Shown here one piece after another: positions 29,632 through 39,395 of a DNA stretch of 64,000 nt. Source of the DNA: Bacteroidia bacterium (GTDB lineage: Bacteria > Bacteroidota > Bacteroidia > NS11-12g > UBA9320); the NCBI GenBank assembly GCA_965216465.1, contig CBDCFW010000004.1, positions 96,001 to 160,000 on the forward strand, written 5' to 3'. Made by a program: the position numbers and the translations under genes. How positions within the stretch are numbered: the first letter of the stretch is position 1; each line of letters starts with the position of its first letter. The notes below the pieces were generated by a model. That model was not told the origin of the DNA, searched no databases, and saw only the letters and a program-made list of their open reading frames with translations.

Positions 29632-30876
29632 ATGGATTTATTTGAAAAAGTTGTTGGCAAGATGGGTCCCCTAGGGATGCACGCCAAAGAAGCTCATCAT
29701 TACTTTACGTTTCCTAAGCTTGAAGGGGAGATTGCTCCACGCATGAAGTTTAGAGGTAAAGAAGTGTTAACTTGGAGTTTGAACAATTATTTAGGTTTAG
29801 CGAATCACCCTGAGGTAAGAAAGGCAGACGCTGATGCTGCTGCAAATTGGGGGTGTGCTTATCCGATGGGTGCGAGAATGATGTCTGGTAACACAGATTA
29901 TCACGAAGACCTGGAGCGTCAACTTGCTGAGTTTGTCGGTAAGGAAGATTCAATCTTGTTAAACTTCGGTTACCAAGGAATCTTATCTTCAATCGATGCT
30001 TTGGTTGATCGAAGAGATGTAATTGTATACGATGCAGAATCTCACGCTTGTATTATTGATGGTGTAAGACTTCATCAAGGCAAGCGTTTTGTTTATGCCC
30101 ACAATGACATTGCGAATCTTGAAAAGCAATTAATTAGAGCCGCCAAAATAGCTGAGGAGAACGGAGGTGCGCTTCTTGTAATTACTGAAGGGGTATTCGG
30201 GATGAGCGGAAATCAAGGAAACTTGAAGGATATTATCGCGTTAAAATCGAAGTATAACTTTAGACTTATGGTTGATGATGCTCACGGTTTTGGAACTTTA
30301 GGAAAAACTGGAGCAGGTGCAGGAGAGGAGCAAGGTTGCCAAGATGGAATCGATATTTACTTCTCAACTTTCGCTAAATCTATGGCGAGCATTGGAGCTT
30401 TCATTGCTGCCGATAAAGAAATCATCAATTTCTTAAGATACAACATGCGTTCTCAAATCTTTGCTAAGTCATTACCAATGCCATTTGTTATTGGTGCGAT
30501 GAAGCGTTTAGAGATGTTGAAAACCCAACCTGAGCATAAAGAAAACCTTTGGAAGATTGTTAATGCACTCCAAAGTGGATTGAAGGATGCAGGATTTAAT
30601 ATTGGAACTACCACTTCTTGTGTTACTCCGGTAATCTTGCAAGGTAATGTAGCTGAGGCAACTCACCTTACATACGATTTGAGAGAAAACTACAACATCT
30701 TCTGTTCTATTGTGGTTTACCCTGTAGTTCCTAAAGACGTGATCATGCTAAGATTAATTCCAACAGCTGCACACTCTTTAGAAGATGTAGAAGAAACTAT
30801 TAAAGCATTTAAAGACGTTCAGAAAAACCTCCGCAGCGGCAAGTATAAGGCCGAGAAGTTAGCAGAGGTAAATTGA
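29632..30876 (+). CDS. PLP-dependent alpha-oxoamine synthase, cysteate acyltransferase SulA/CapB-like
   Basis: 'FPKLEGEI', 'WSLNNYLGLANHPEVR', 'PMGARMMSG', 'DDAHG', PLP Lys in 'TFAKS', 'RSQIFAKSLP'; promoter TACTTTTG at 29600-29607. Confidence 0.8.
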   Translation: MDLFEKVVGKMGPLGMHAKEAHHYFTFPKLEGEIAPRMKFRGKEVLTWSLNNYLGLANHPEVRKADADAAANWGCAYPMGARMMSGNTDYHEDLERQLAEFVGKEDSILLNFGYQGILSSIDALVDRRDVIVYDAESHACIIDGVRLHQGKRFVYAHNDIANLEKQLIRAAKIAEENGGALLVITEGVFGMSGNQGNLKDIIALKSKYNFRLMVDDAHGFGTLGKTGAGAGEEQGCQDGIDIYFSTFAKSMASIGAFIAADKEIINFLRYNMRSQIFAKSLPMPFVIGAMKRLEMLKTQPEHKENLWKIVNALQSGLKDAGFNIGTTTSCVTPVILQGNVAEATHLTYDLRENYNIFCSIVVYPVVPKDVIMLRLIPTAAHSLEDVEETIKAFKDVQKNLRSGKYKAEKLAEVN

Positions 30877-31751
30877 TCAGAAAAAGCTTTAAAGACATAA
30901 TCGCATTTTTTACGATTTCAAATTTTGAAAGGAGGGCAGTATTTGTCCTCCTTTTTATTTTATGTCTCGTTATACTTCATCGCGGCTATCGCAACTTTTA
31001 TGTTGGGAAACCAGCCCATAATGATACAGCAAAATATGCTGAAGTTTTAAAGGTGATTGCAGCACTTAAGGATGAAAAAGAAGAGAAAATTCATCCTACA
31101 AAAACATTGAAACTAAGCCGGTTTAAGCCTAATTCAGACTCAAGGCAGCGGTTGATTGAATCGGGTCTACCACAACGAGTTGTTCGCAACATCATTAACT
31201 TTAGAAAAAGTGGTGGTGAATTTAGACACAAAGAAGACCTTAAAAAGCTCTATGCGGTATCAGACAGCCTGTTCGAAGTTCTCGAGGCATACGTGGTAAT
31301 TGATATTGTAGAGAATCCTACAATTGTTCATAGTAAGCAAGATAAAAAACAAACTGTGATTGACTTGAATAAAGCTATCGCAGAAGATTTAACCGCATTG
31401 AGGGGCGTTGGTAAAGTACTTTCGACCCGAATCGTAAAATACCGTGAAGCATTGGGAGGATTTTATAAAATTGAGCAATTGTATGAGGTTTATGGTCTTG
31501 ATTCGTTGGTGATTGATGATAACAAGCACTCGCTAGCACTTGATTCATCCACATTGAGAAAAATTAGCATCAATCAGGCGTCGGTTGAAAAATTGGCTGA
31601 CCATCCATATATTGATTATAGGCTCGCGAATCATCTCGTAAAGTTCCGCAAGCAGCATGGAAAGTTCAAGTCTCTTAAAGAAATTGAGAACTTGCATTAT
31701 CTCCGAGGAAAAAATCCTAACCGATTTTTACCGTATTTAGACCTAAAATAA
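30873..31751 (+). CDS. ComEA-family helix-hairpin-helix protein
   Basis: N-terminal TM and three HhH modules (e.g. 'IDLNKA...[22 protein letters not shown]'). Confidence 0.85.
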   Translation: MIRKSFKDIIAFFTISNFERRAVFVLLFILCLVILHRGYRNFYVGKPAHNDTAKYAEVLKVIAALKDEKEEKIHPTKTLKLSRFKPNSDSRQRLIESGLPQRVVRNIINFRKSGGEFRHKEDLKKLYAVSDSLFEVLEAYVVIDIVENPTIVHSKQDKKQTVIDLNKAIAEDLTALRGVGKVLSTRIVKYREALGGFYKIEQLYEVYGLDSLVIDDNKHSLALDSSTLRKISINQASVEKLADHPYIDYRLANHLVKFRKQHGKFKSLKEIENLHYLRGKNPNRFLPYLDLK

Positions 31752-31810
31752 TTTTAAAATGGGAGATTGGTATTTTAATATTGCATCCGTTTAATTACAA
31801 GCTACATAAA

Positions 31811-32950
31811 ATGGAATTTCAACCTTCAGAAACCCAAATAATGATTAGAGACATGGCACGTGACTTTGCTGAAAAGCATATCAGACCGCATGTTATGGAG
31901 TGGGATGAATCTCAGGAATTTCCTGTTGACCTGTTTAGAAAAATGGGTGAACAAGGATTTATGGGTGTATTAGTGCCTGAAGAATATGGTGGCTCAGGAC
32001 TGGGGTATTTTGAATATGCAACGGTTATTGATGAAATCGCTCAGGTCTGTGGTTCTATTGGATTATCGACAGCAGCACATAATTCGTTGTGTACAGGACA
32101 TATCTTGTCGTTCGGAAATGAAGAACAGAAAAAGAAGTACCTGCCAAAGCTTGCATCTGCAGAGTGGATTGGTGCTTGGGGATTAACTGAAGCCAATACA
32201 GGTAGTGATGCTATGCGTATGCAATGTGTTGCTAAGAAAGTAGAAGGAGGCTGGGTAATCAACGGATCAAAAACTTGGATTACTCACGGTAAGTCGGGAG
32301 ATGTTGCAGTGGTGTTGGCTCGAACTGGAGACTTACTCGATAGTCGAGGTATTTCAGCTTTTGTTGTAGAAAGAGGAACCGAAGGATTTAAAGCCGGTAA
32401 GAAAGAGAATAAATTAGGAATGCGCGCTTCCGAAACAGCCGAAATGGTTTTTGAAGAATGTTTTATTCCAGACGAGAATCTTTTAGGTGAAGAAGGAGAA
32501 GGGTTTATTCAGGCGATGAAGATTTTAGATGGAGGTAGAATTTCTATAGCAGCATTATCGCTAGGAATTGCAAAAGGAGCTTACAAAGCATCGATTCAAT
32601 ACAGTAAAGAGCGTGAGCAATTTGGGCAGCCAATATCCAATTTTCAAGGGATTAGTTTTAAGCTGGCAGATATGGCAACGGAGATTGAAGCATCTCAATT
32701 GCTAATTGACCAGTCTTGTTACTTGAAAAATGCAGGATTACCGATGACCAAAGAGAGTGCAATGGCCAAGTATTATGCTTCGGAAGTTGCAGTAAAAGCA
32801 AGTACAGAAGCTATTCAAATATTTGGCGGAAATGGCTATACTAAAAACTATCCGGTAGAGAAGTTTTATCGTGATTCTAAACTGTGTACTATTGGTGAGG
32901 GAACGTCAGAAATTCAAAAATTGGTGATTTCAAGACAAATTTTAAAATAG
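31811..32950 (+). CDS. Acyl-CoA dehydrogenase
   Basis: '[10 protein letters not shown]', 'NGSKTWIT', 'KLGMRASET', 'REQFGQPI', 'IGEGTSEIQ'. Confidence 0.93.
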   Translation: MEFQPSETQIMIRDMARDFAEKHIRPHVMEWDESQEFPVDLFRKMGEQGFMGVLVPEEYGGSGLGYFEYATVIDEIAQVCGSIGLSTAAHNSLCTGHILSFGNEEQKKKYLPKLASAEWIGAWGLTEANTGSDAMRMQCVAKKVEGGWVINGSKTWITHGKSGDVAVVLARTGDLLDSRGISAFVVERGTEGFKAGKKENKLGMRASETAEMVFEECFIPDENLLGEEGEGFIQAMKILDGGRISIAALSLGIAKGAYKASIQYSKEREQFGQPISNFQGISFKLADMATEIEASQLLIDQSCYLKNAGLPMTKESAMAKYYASEVAVKASTEAIQIFGGNGYTKNYPVEKFYRDSKLCTIGEGTSEIQKLVISRQILK

Positions 32951-33001
32951 ATTTTACGCTATTCAAAAAAAACAACTAATTTTGCAGTCATTTTTTAAGA
33001 A

Positions 33002-33193
33002 ATGCTAATAATAAATTTAAAAGAAACGGATACGATCGACAAGGCTTTAAAGAAGTACAAGAAGAAGTTTGAGAAAACTGGTGTAATCAAACAATTACGT
33101 GAGAGACAACAGTTTACTAAGCCTTCTGTAAAAAGACGTAAAGAAATTATTAAAGCGAAGTACAAAGAAACTTTGCGAAATAATAATTCTTAA
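33002..33193 (+). CDS. rpsU: 30S ribosomal protein bS21
   Basis: 'IDKALKKYKKKF', 'FTKPSVKRR'; promoter TAATTTTG at 32977-32984. Confidence 0.95.
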   Translation: MLIINLKETDTIDKALKKYKKKFEKTGVIKQLRERQQFTKPSVKRRKEIIKAKYKETLRNNNS

Positions 33194-33246
33194 TTCGACA
33201 CGTCGGTTTTATTTCTTCTTGAAAAGCAGTAAATTGGCACATCAGA

Positions 33247-34143
33247 TTGAGTGCTAAATTTCCATACCAAGAAGAGTTTAAAACTTATCTTAAGGTTCTT
33301 AAGAACTATTCAGAAAATACATTAACTGCCTACGTTAAAGACGTAGAGCAGTTTTTTGTTTTTATAGGCCAACCAAATGGCCCAGCATTTTTAGACAACC
33401 TAACAAGTCGAGACGTTCGGAGTTGGGTTCGTCATTTGGCAGAAAATGCCATTGTTCCCAAAACCATTCATCGGAAAGTTAGTAGTGTAAAGTCGTTCGC
33501 TCGATTTCTACATAAGCAACAAATAATAGCAGAGCCTAAATCAATAGAGATTACGCTTCCTAAATTGAACAAGTCGATTCCGGCTTATGTAAAAGTAGAT
33601 GAGTTGAGTGCGGTGATGGATCGATTAGCTGCTTCGTTGAGCGATTATCAGAGTTATTTGGAATTTACCATCTTGGTAACTTTTTATCATACCGGCATGC
33701 GTAGATCCGAGTTAATTGGTTTAGAGCATCGTCAGGTTAATCTTAAGAAAAAGGAAATCAGAGTGATAGGTAAGGGGAACAAGGAGCGGGTAATTCCATT
33801 AGGGCCTGAGATAATTCGACATATCACAAAATTTAATGAGATAAAAGACCAAGAAGGCATTGATTCGAATTATATTTTTTGTAACTTCGATGGTAAGAAA
33901 TTAGGTGACAAATTGGTATACAACTTAATTAATAAATTATTGAGCTCTACATACTCTGGGAAGAAAAGTCCACACGTACTTCGACACAGCTTTGCAACAC
34001 ATTTGCTTCAAAACGGAGCAGACATCAACGCAATTAAAGAATTGCTGGGTCATAGCAGTTTGAGTGCTACTCAGATTTATGCTCACAATGACATTGCTCA
34101 ATTAAAAAAGGTGTACCAAAAAACTCACCCATTTTCAGATTAA
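33247..34143 (+). CDS. xerC: Tyrosine recombinase XerC-like
   Basis: Catalytic residues in 'TGMRRSE', 'GKGNKER', '[11 protein letters not shown]', 'LLGH', 'TQIY'; rpsU-xer-hpf synteny. Confidence 0.8.
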   Translation: MSAKFPYQEEFKTYLKVLKNYSENTLTAYVKDVEQFFVFIGQPNGPAFLDNLTSRDVRSWVRHLAENAIVPKTIHRKVSSVKSFARFLHKQQIIAEPKSIEITLPKLNKSIPAYVKVDELSAVMDRLAASLSDYQSYLEFTILVTFYHTGMRRSELIGLEHRQVNLKKKEIRVIGKGNKERVIPLGPEIIRHITKFNEIKDQEGIDSNYIFCNFDGKKLGDKLVYNLINKLLSSTYSGKKSPHVLRHSFATHLLQNGADINAIKELLGHSSLSATQIYAHNDIAQLKKVYQKTHPFSD

Positions 34144-34170
34144 CATTTATTTAAACCAAAATAGAAAAAC

Positions 34171-34470
34171 ATGGACATTCAAATTCAATCAATTCATTTT
34201 AAAGCGGATCGTAAACTTAAAGATTTCATTGTAAAGAAAATTGAGAAGTTAAGTACGTTTTATGATGGGATAATAGATGCTCAGGTCTATTTGAAAGTCG
34301 AGAATACATCTTTAAAAGAAAATAAAATCGTAGAGATCAAGGTTAACGCGAAGCATAACAGCTTTATTAAGACCGAGATAGCACAGTCGTTTGAGGCAGC
34401 AACTGATGCTGCTGTAGACGCACTTAAGGTGCAAGTAAAACGCCGAAAAGGACGCTTGGAAGTGCACTAA
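34171..34470 (+). CDS. hpf: Ribosome hibernation promoting factor (HPF/RaiA)
   Basis: 'MDIQIQSIHF', 'KIEKL', 'SFEAATD' in a 99 aa protein. Confidence 0.9.
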   Translation: MDIQIQSIHFKADRKLKDFIVKKIEKLSTFYDGIIDAQVYLKVENTSLKENKIVEIKVNAKHNSFIKTEIAQSFEAATDAAVDALKVQVKRRKGRLEVH

Positions 34471-34559
34471 AAAAGAGTGCAAAAACTACCTGATTTTAGC
34501 CTTCAAATTTTTTCTTACATTTTTTTTATTCAAAGGGGTTGAACTATAAAAAAAATACT

Positions 34560-34567
34560 TACCTTTG
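34560..34567 (+). promoter_or_regulatory. -7 promoter element of the tRNA-tuf operon
   Basis: TACCTTTG with TTG at 34539-34541. Confidence 0.75.
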
Positions 34568-34638
34568 CCCACCTTAAAATCAAGCAGGGTTAAAAAAGTT
34601 TAGTTCTTTGAGTATAACCTGTTGGTTTTAAACATATT

Positions 34639-34711
34639 GCCACCTTAGCTCAGTTGGTAGAGCAGCTGATTTGTAATCAGCCGGTCGTTGGTTCGAGTCC
34701 AATAGGTGGCT
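34639..34711 (+). tRNA. tRNA-Thr(TGT)
   Basis: Cloverleaf; anticodon arm CTGAT-TTGTAA-TCAG. Confidence 0.95.
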
Positions 34712-34720
34712 CTTTTCTCT

Positions 34721-34801
34721 GGGGAGGTACCAGAGCGGTCAAATGGGACGGACTGTAAATCCGTTGCTTCGGCTACGTAGGTTCGAATCCTACCCTCCCC
34801 A
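34721..34801 (+). tRNA. tRNA-Tyr(GTA)
   Basis: ACGGA-CTGTAAA-TCCGT; long variable arm. Confidence 0.95.
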
Positions 34802-34827
34802 CTGTTTAAAGTTAAGCAATATGTAAT

Positions 34828-34900
34828 GCGGGAGTAGCTCAGTTGGTAGAGCGACAGCCTTCCAAGCTGTAGGTCGCGGGTTCGAGCCTCGTCTCCCGCT
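34828..34900 (+). tRNA. tRNA-Gly(TCC)
   Basis: ACAGC-CTTCCAA-GCTGT. Confidence 0.95.
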
Positions 34901-35026
34901 CAATACTTTTTGAGCAAATCTCGAAAAGGGTCAAAGTTTAAAACTTTGTTATTTAGTATATGAGTAAATGATAGATTGTACTTGTACCCTCTTGATTTAT
35001 TCCTGAACAATTGTTTATTTATTTAA

Positions 35027-35098
35027 GCCGACGTAGCTCAGGGGTAGAGCGTTTCCTTGGTAAGGAAGAGGTCGTGAGTTCAAATCTCATCGTTGGCT
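35027..35098 (+). tRNA. tRNA-Thr(GGT)
   Basis: TTCC-TTGGTAA-GGAA; classic Thr-Tyr-Gly-Thr-tuf order. Confidence 0.95.
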
Positions 35099-35139
35099 CA
35101 ATTTTATATATATAAAAAAGAAGATTAATTTAATTTATC

Positions 35140-36327
35140 ATGTCAAAAGCAACATTTGATCGTTCTAAAGAACACGTAAACATCGGAACTATCGGTCACG
35201 TAGACCACGGTAAGACCACCTTAACTGCCGCGATTAGTTCTGTACTGTCTAATCAAGGATTAGCTGAGAAGAAAGATTTCGATACTATCGATTCTGCTCC
35301 AGAAGAGAAAGAAAGAGGTATTACCATTAACACTGCTCACATTGAGTACCAAACAGCAACAAGACACTATGCTCACGTTGACTGTCCAGGTCACGCCGAC
35401 TATGTAAAGAACATGGTTACTGGTGCTGCTCAAATGGACGGTGCTATCTTAGTAGTAGCAGCTACTGATGGTCCTATGCCACAAACTAAAGAGCACATCC
35501 TTCTTGCAAGACAAGTTGGTGTACCTAGACTTGTTGTATTTATGAACAAAGTTGATATGGTAGACGACGAAGAGTTATTAGAACTTGTTGAGATTGAAAT
35601 CAGAGAACTTTTAGGATTCTACGAGTTTGATGAAGATAATACTCCTATCATCCAAGGTTCTGCACTTGGAGCATTAAACGGAGAGCAAAAATGGGTTGAT
35701 ACTGTTTCTGAATTAATGGAAGCTGTTGATAACTGGATTCCAGTTCCTCCACGTTTGACTGACCAACCTTTCTTGATGCCAGTTGAGGACGTATTCTCTA
35801 TTACAGGTAGAGGTACAGTTGCTACAGGTAGAATCGAAAGAGGTGTTATCAATGTGAGTGACGCTGTAGATATTATCGGTATGGGTGCTGACGGTCTTAA
35901 GTCTGTTTGTACTGGAGTTGAGATGTTCAGAAAAATTCTTGATAGAGGACAAGCTGGTGACAACGCTGGTATCCTATTAAGAGGTATTGAGAAAACTGAT
36001 ATCAGAAGAGGTATGGTAATCGTAGCTCCTGGGTCTGTTACTCCACACACTAAGTTTAAAGCAGAGATCTACGTACTTTCTAAAGAAGAAGGTGGACGTC
36101 ATACTCCATTCTTTAACAAGTACAGACCTCAGTTCTACTTCAGAACTACTGACGTAACTGGTGAAATCATGTTACCAGACGGAACTGAAATGGTTATGCC
36201 AGGTGATAACGTTACTATCACTGTTGAATTAATCAACGCTGTAGCGATGGAAAAAGGATTGAAATTCGCTATCAGAGAAGGTGGACGTACAGTAGGTGCC
36301 GGACAGGTTACTGAAATTTTAGAATAA
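35140..36327 (+). CDS. tuf: Elongation factor Tu
   Basis: 'GHVDHGKTT', '[12 protein letters not shown]', 'NKVD', '[10 protein letters not shown]'. Confidence 0.99.
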   Translation: MSKATFDRSKEHVNIGTIGHVDHGKTTLTAAISSVLSNQGLAEKKDFDTIDSAPEEKERGITINTAHIEYQTATRHYAHVDCPGHADYVKNMVTGAAQMDGAILVVAATDGPMPQTKEHILLARQVGVPRLVVFMNKVDMVDDEELLELVEIEIRELLGFYEFDEDNTPIIQGSALGALNGEQKWVDTVSELMEAVDNWIPVPPRLTDQPFLMPVEDVFSITGRGTVATGRIERGVINVSDAVDIIGMGADGLKSVCTGVEMFRKILDRGQAGDNAGILLRGIEKTDIRRGMVIVAPGSVTPHTKFKAEIYVLSKEEGGRHTPFFNKYRPQFYFRTTDVTGEIMLPDGTEMVMPGDNVTITVELINAVAMEKGLKFAIREGGRTVGAGQVTEILE

Positions 36328-36347
36328 TCAGAATATATAAGGCACAA

Positions 36348-36421
36348 ACGGGTGTAGCTCAGCTGGCCAGAGCACTGGTCTCCAAAACCAGGTGTCGGGA
36401 GTTCGAATCTCTCCACCCGTG
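36348..36421 (+). tRNA. tRNA-Trp(CCA)
   Basis: CTGGT-CTCCAAA-ACCAG; lies between tuf and secE. Confidence 0.95.
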
Positions 36422-36433
36422 CAATTAATACAT

Positions 36434-36628
36434 ATGAGTAGGATAGTTAAAATCTGGAAGGAAACGACAGACGAGTTAATTAATAAAGTAACTTGGCCAA
36501 CATGGGAAGAGTTAAGAAGCAGCACGTGGATTGTTATTGTTGCATCTATTCTTTTCGCATTGGCGATTGCCATCATCGATAAAGGTTTTGGTGAATTTAT
36601 GAAGATACTTTATAGTTTATTAGGCTAA
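36434..36628 (+). CDS. secE: Preprotein translocase SecE
   Basis: 'ELINKVTWPTWEEL' followed by a TM; the longer called ORF starts inside tRNA-Trp. Confidence 0.93.
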   Translation: MSRIVKIWKETTDELINKVTWPTWEELRSSTWIVIVASILFALAIAIIDKGFGEFMKILYSLLG

Positions 36629-36630
36629 AA

Positions 36631-37179
36631 ATGGAAAAGATTAAGGAGGAATTTAAGTGGTACGTGGTTAGGGCCATTAGTGGTCAGGAGAAAAAAGTTA
36701 AGGCGATTATCGAGTCTGAACTTGCACACGAAGGACTGACTAAGTATGTTCCTGAAATCCTTATCCCTACTCAAAAAGTATTTGAAATTAAAAATGGAAA
36801 AAAGACCTCGAAAGAAAAGTCTTATTTTCCAGGATACATTCTTATTAATGCACATCTAGTTGGAGAGGTTGTTCCTACGATTAGAGCGGTTAATGGGGTT
36901 GTTGGTTTCTTAGGTCAGGATGGAGAACCTGTACCAATGAGACAAAGTGAAGTTAACAGAATCTTCGGACAGGTTGATGAAAGCAACCAAGAAGGAGAAA
37001 GCAACGTTAATCCATACATTGTTGGAGAATTTGTAAAAGTAACAGATGGTCCATTTAGCGGATTTAGCGGAGTAATTGAAGAGGTTAACGAAGAGAAGAA
37101 AAAATTAAAAGTAATGGTGAAGATTTTCGGAAGAAAAACACCATTAGAATTAAATTATATACAAGTAGAAAAAGAATAG
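36631..37179 (+). CDS. nusG: Transcription factor NusG
   Basis: '[11 protein letters not shown]', 'FPGYIL', KOW 'DGPFSGF', 'IFGRKTP'. Confidence 0.97.
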   Translation: MEKIKEEFKWYVVRAISGQEKKVKAIIESELAHEGLTKYVPEILIPTQKVFEIKNGKKTSKEKSYFPGYILINAHLVGEVVPTIRAVNGVVGFLGQDGEPVPMRQSEVNRIFGQVDESNQEGESNVNPYIVGEFVKVTDGPFSGFSGVIEEVNEEKKKLKVMVKIFGRKTPLELNYIQVEKE

Positions 37180-37183
37180 CTTT

Positions 37184-37627
37184 ATGGCTAAGCAAATTAA
37201 AGGATACGTAAAATTACAAGTTAGAGGTGGTGCAGCTAATCCTGCTCCTCCTGTTGGTCCAGCATTAGGTGCTAAAGGGGTTAACATCATGGATTTTTGT
37301 AAACAATTCAATGCAAGAACCCAAGATAGACCAGGTAAAGTACTTCCTGTAGTTATCACGGTATACCAAGATAACTCATTCGACTTTATCATTAAAACTC
37401 CACCAGTTGCTTCTCAATTGCTTGAAGCTACTAAGAAGAAAAGCGGATCAGCTGAGCCAAACAGAGTAAAAGTAGCAAAAGTTACTTGGGATCAGGTGAA
37501 GACTATTGCTGAAGACAAAATGAAAGACTTAAATGCGATGACTGTTGGGTCAGCTATGAAAATGGTTGCTGGTACAGCTCGCAGTATGGGTATAACTGTT
37601 ACCGGACAGTTTCCGGAAGATAATTAA
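37184..37627 (+). CDS. rplK: 50S ribosomal protein uL11
   Basis: '[12 protein letters not shown]', 'FCKQFNART', 'GTARSMG'. Confidence 0.98.
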   Translation: MAKQIKGYVKLQVRGGAANPAPPVGPALGAKGVNIMDFCKQFNARTQDRPGKVLPVVITVYQDNSFDFIIKTPPVASQLLEATKKKSGSAEPNRVKVAKVTWDQVKTIAEDKMKDLNAMTVGSAMKMVAGTARSMGITVTGQFPEDN

Positions 37628-37645
37628 TAATTATCGTTAAACATT

Positions 37646-38338
37646 ATGGCAAGATTATCAAAAAAGAGAAAGGAAGCTCTATCGAAGTACGATAGAGATG
37701 CATTCCACAGCTTGCAAGAAGCAAGTGAGATTGTCAAGAAGATCACCACTTCTAAGTTTGACGCTTCTGTTGATTTAGACGTAAAACTTGGGGTTGATCC
37801 TCGACAAGCAAATCAAATGGTAAGAGGTACTACCTCATTACCTCATGGTATCGGTAAAGAAGTGAAAGTATTGGCACTTGTTACTCCAGATAAGGAGCAA
37901 GAAGCTAAAGATGCTGGAGCTGATTTTGTAGGTTTAGACGAGTTCATCACCAAAATTGAAGGTGGATGGCTTGATATTGATGTTATCATCACTATGCCTG
38001 CAGTTATGGGTAAAATTGGTAGACTAGGTAGAGTATTAGGACCTAGAAACTTAATGCCAAACCCAAAAAGTGGTACTGTAACAATGGACATCGGAAAAGC
38101 TGTTACTGAAATTAAAGCAGGTAAGATTGATTTTAAAGTTGACAAAACTGGAATCATTCACACTTCAATCGGTAAAGTTTCTTTTGATGCAGACAAGATT
38201 TACGACAATGCTAAAGAATTGGTGGATACACTTACAAGACTTAAGCCAAGTGCTGCTAAAGGTACTTACTTCCAAAGCATTACTTTGTCTAGCACCATGA
38301 GTCCTGGAATTAAAATAGATACTAAAACAATCGCTTAA
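37646..38338 (+). CDS. rplA: 50S ribosomal protein uL1
   Basis: 'KFDASVD', '[16 protein letters not shown]', 'SSTMSPG'. Confidence 0.98.
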   Translation: MARLSKKRKEALSKYDRDAFHSLQEASEIVKKITTSKFDASVDLDVKLGVDPRQANQMVRGTTSLPHGIGKEVKVLALVTPDKEQEAKDAGADFVGLDEFITKIEGGWLDIDVIITMPAVMGKIGRLGRVLGPRNLMPNPKSGTVTMDIGKAVTEIKAGKIDFKVDKTGIIHTSIGKVSFDADKIYDNAKELVDTLTRLKPSAAKGTYFQSITLSSTMSPGIKIDTKTIA

Positions 38339-38362
38339 GTTTAACCAGTTAAAAGATTAGAA

Positions 38363-38884
38363 ATGAACAGAGAACAAAAAAACATTGCAATTGACGAATT
38401 GGTTGAAAACTTAAAAGAATTTCAATACGTATACGTTACTGACAGCTCAAACTTATCGGCAAACGATAACAACAGCTTGAGAAAACTGTTACATAAAAAC
38501 GGTGTCAAAATGCAGGTGATCAAGAATACCTTCGTTCACAAAGCATTAGAGCGCGGAGAATTTGAGTGGGGAGAATTAAAAGACACATTAAAAGGTACAA
38601 CGGCACTCTTATTTGCTTCCAATCCTAAAGCACCAGCTATCGCTATCCAAGAGTTCCGTAAAAAAAGCGATAGACCGTTACTAAAGGGTGCTTATATTGA
38701 CTCTGACGTCTTTATTGGTGATGATCAACTAGGATCACTAGTCGATCTGAAAACAAGAGAAGAACTTGTTGGAGAAATTATTGGTCTGTTGAGATCTCCT
38801 GCAACCAATGTTATTTCTGCTTTGAAATCAAGTGGAAATACAATCGCAGGATTATTGAAAACTTTGGCCGAGAAAGAAAATTAA
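38363..38884 (+). CDS. rplJ: 50S ribosomal protein uL10
   Basis: 'MNREQK', 'VIKNT', 'TREEL'; position in the operon. Confidence 0.95.
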   Translation: MNREQKNIAIDELVENLKEFQYVYVTDSSNLSANDNNSLRKLLHKNGVKMQVIKNTFVHKALERGEFEWGELKDTLKGTTALLFASNPKAPAIAIQEFRKKSDRPLLKGAYIDSDVFIGDDQLGSLVDLKTREELVGEIIGLLRSPATNVISALKSSGNTIAGLLKTLAEKEN

Positions 38885-38919
38885 AATTTTAACAAAACAC
38901 ATTTAAACACAAACAAAAA

Positions 38920-39300
38920 ATGGCTGACATTAAAAAATTAGCAGAAGAATTGGTTAATCTTTCAGTGAAAGATGTAAACGAATTAGCAACTATACTTAAA
39001 GATGAGTATGGTATTGAGCCAGCAGCTGCTCCAGTAGCAGTAGCAGCAGGTCCAGCAGCAGGTGGTGAAGCAGGTGGTGCTGAAGAGCAAACTGAATTCA
39101 CAGTAATCCTTAAATCTGCTGGTGCTTCTAAGTTACAGGTAGTAAAAGTTGTTAAAGAACTTACTGGCCTAGGACTTAAAGAAGCTAAAGAAATAGTTGA
39201 CTCAGCTCCAAAAGAGATTAAAGAAGATGTTTCTAAAGAAGAAGCAGATGCTTTAAAATCTAAACTTGAAGAAGCAGGAGCTGAAGTTGAACTTAAGTAA
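38920..39300 (+). CDS. rplL: 50S ribosomal protein bL12
   Basis: Ala-rich hinge, 'TGLGLKEAK', '[11 protein letters not shown]'. Confidence 0.98.
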   Translation: MADIKKLAEELVNLSVKDVNELATILKDEYGIEPAAAPVAVAAGPAAGGEAGGAEEQTEFTVILKSAGASKLQVVKVVKELTGLGLKEAKEIVDSAPKEIKEDVSKEEADALKSKLEEAGAEVELK

Positions 39301-39321
39301 TTCTTAAATACAACACGTTCG

Positions 39322-39350
39322 AAAGACCCCTGAATATCAGTGGGTCTTTT
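39322..39350 (+). terminator. Terminator/attenuator between rplL and rpoB
   Basis: AAAGACCC-CTGA-ATA-TCAG-T-GGGTCTTTT hairpin with a short T-tract. Confidence 0.65.
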
Positions 39351-39395
39351 GGCGTTTTTAAATTTTTATCATTTTAACACCAAACATTTTTAACC

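Noticed and set aside
33247-34143. Tyrosine recombinase near a tRNA cluster as a possible island integrase
   Set aside because: It has XerC size and motifs and the conserved rpsU-xer-hpf context; no att repeats or cargo genes were seen.
34905-34950. Two small hairpins between tRNA-Gly and tRNA-Thr as a possible ncRNA
   Set aside because: They are short AT-rich stems in a tRNA spacer, more simply explained as processing or pausing structures.
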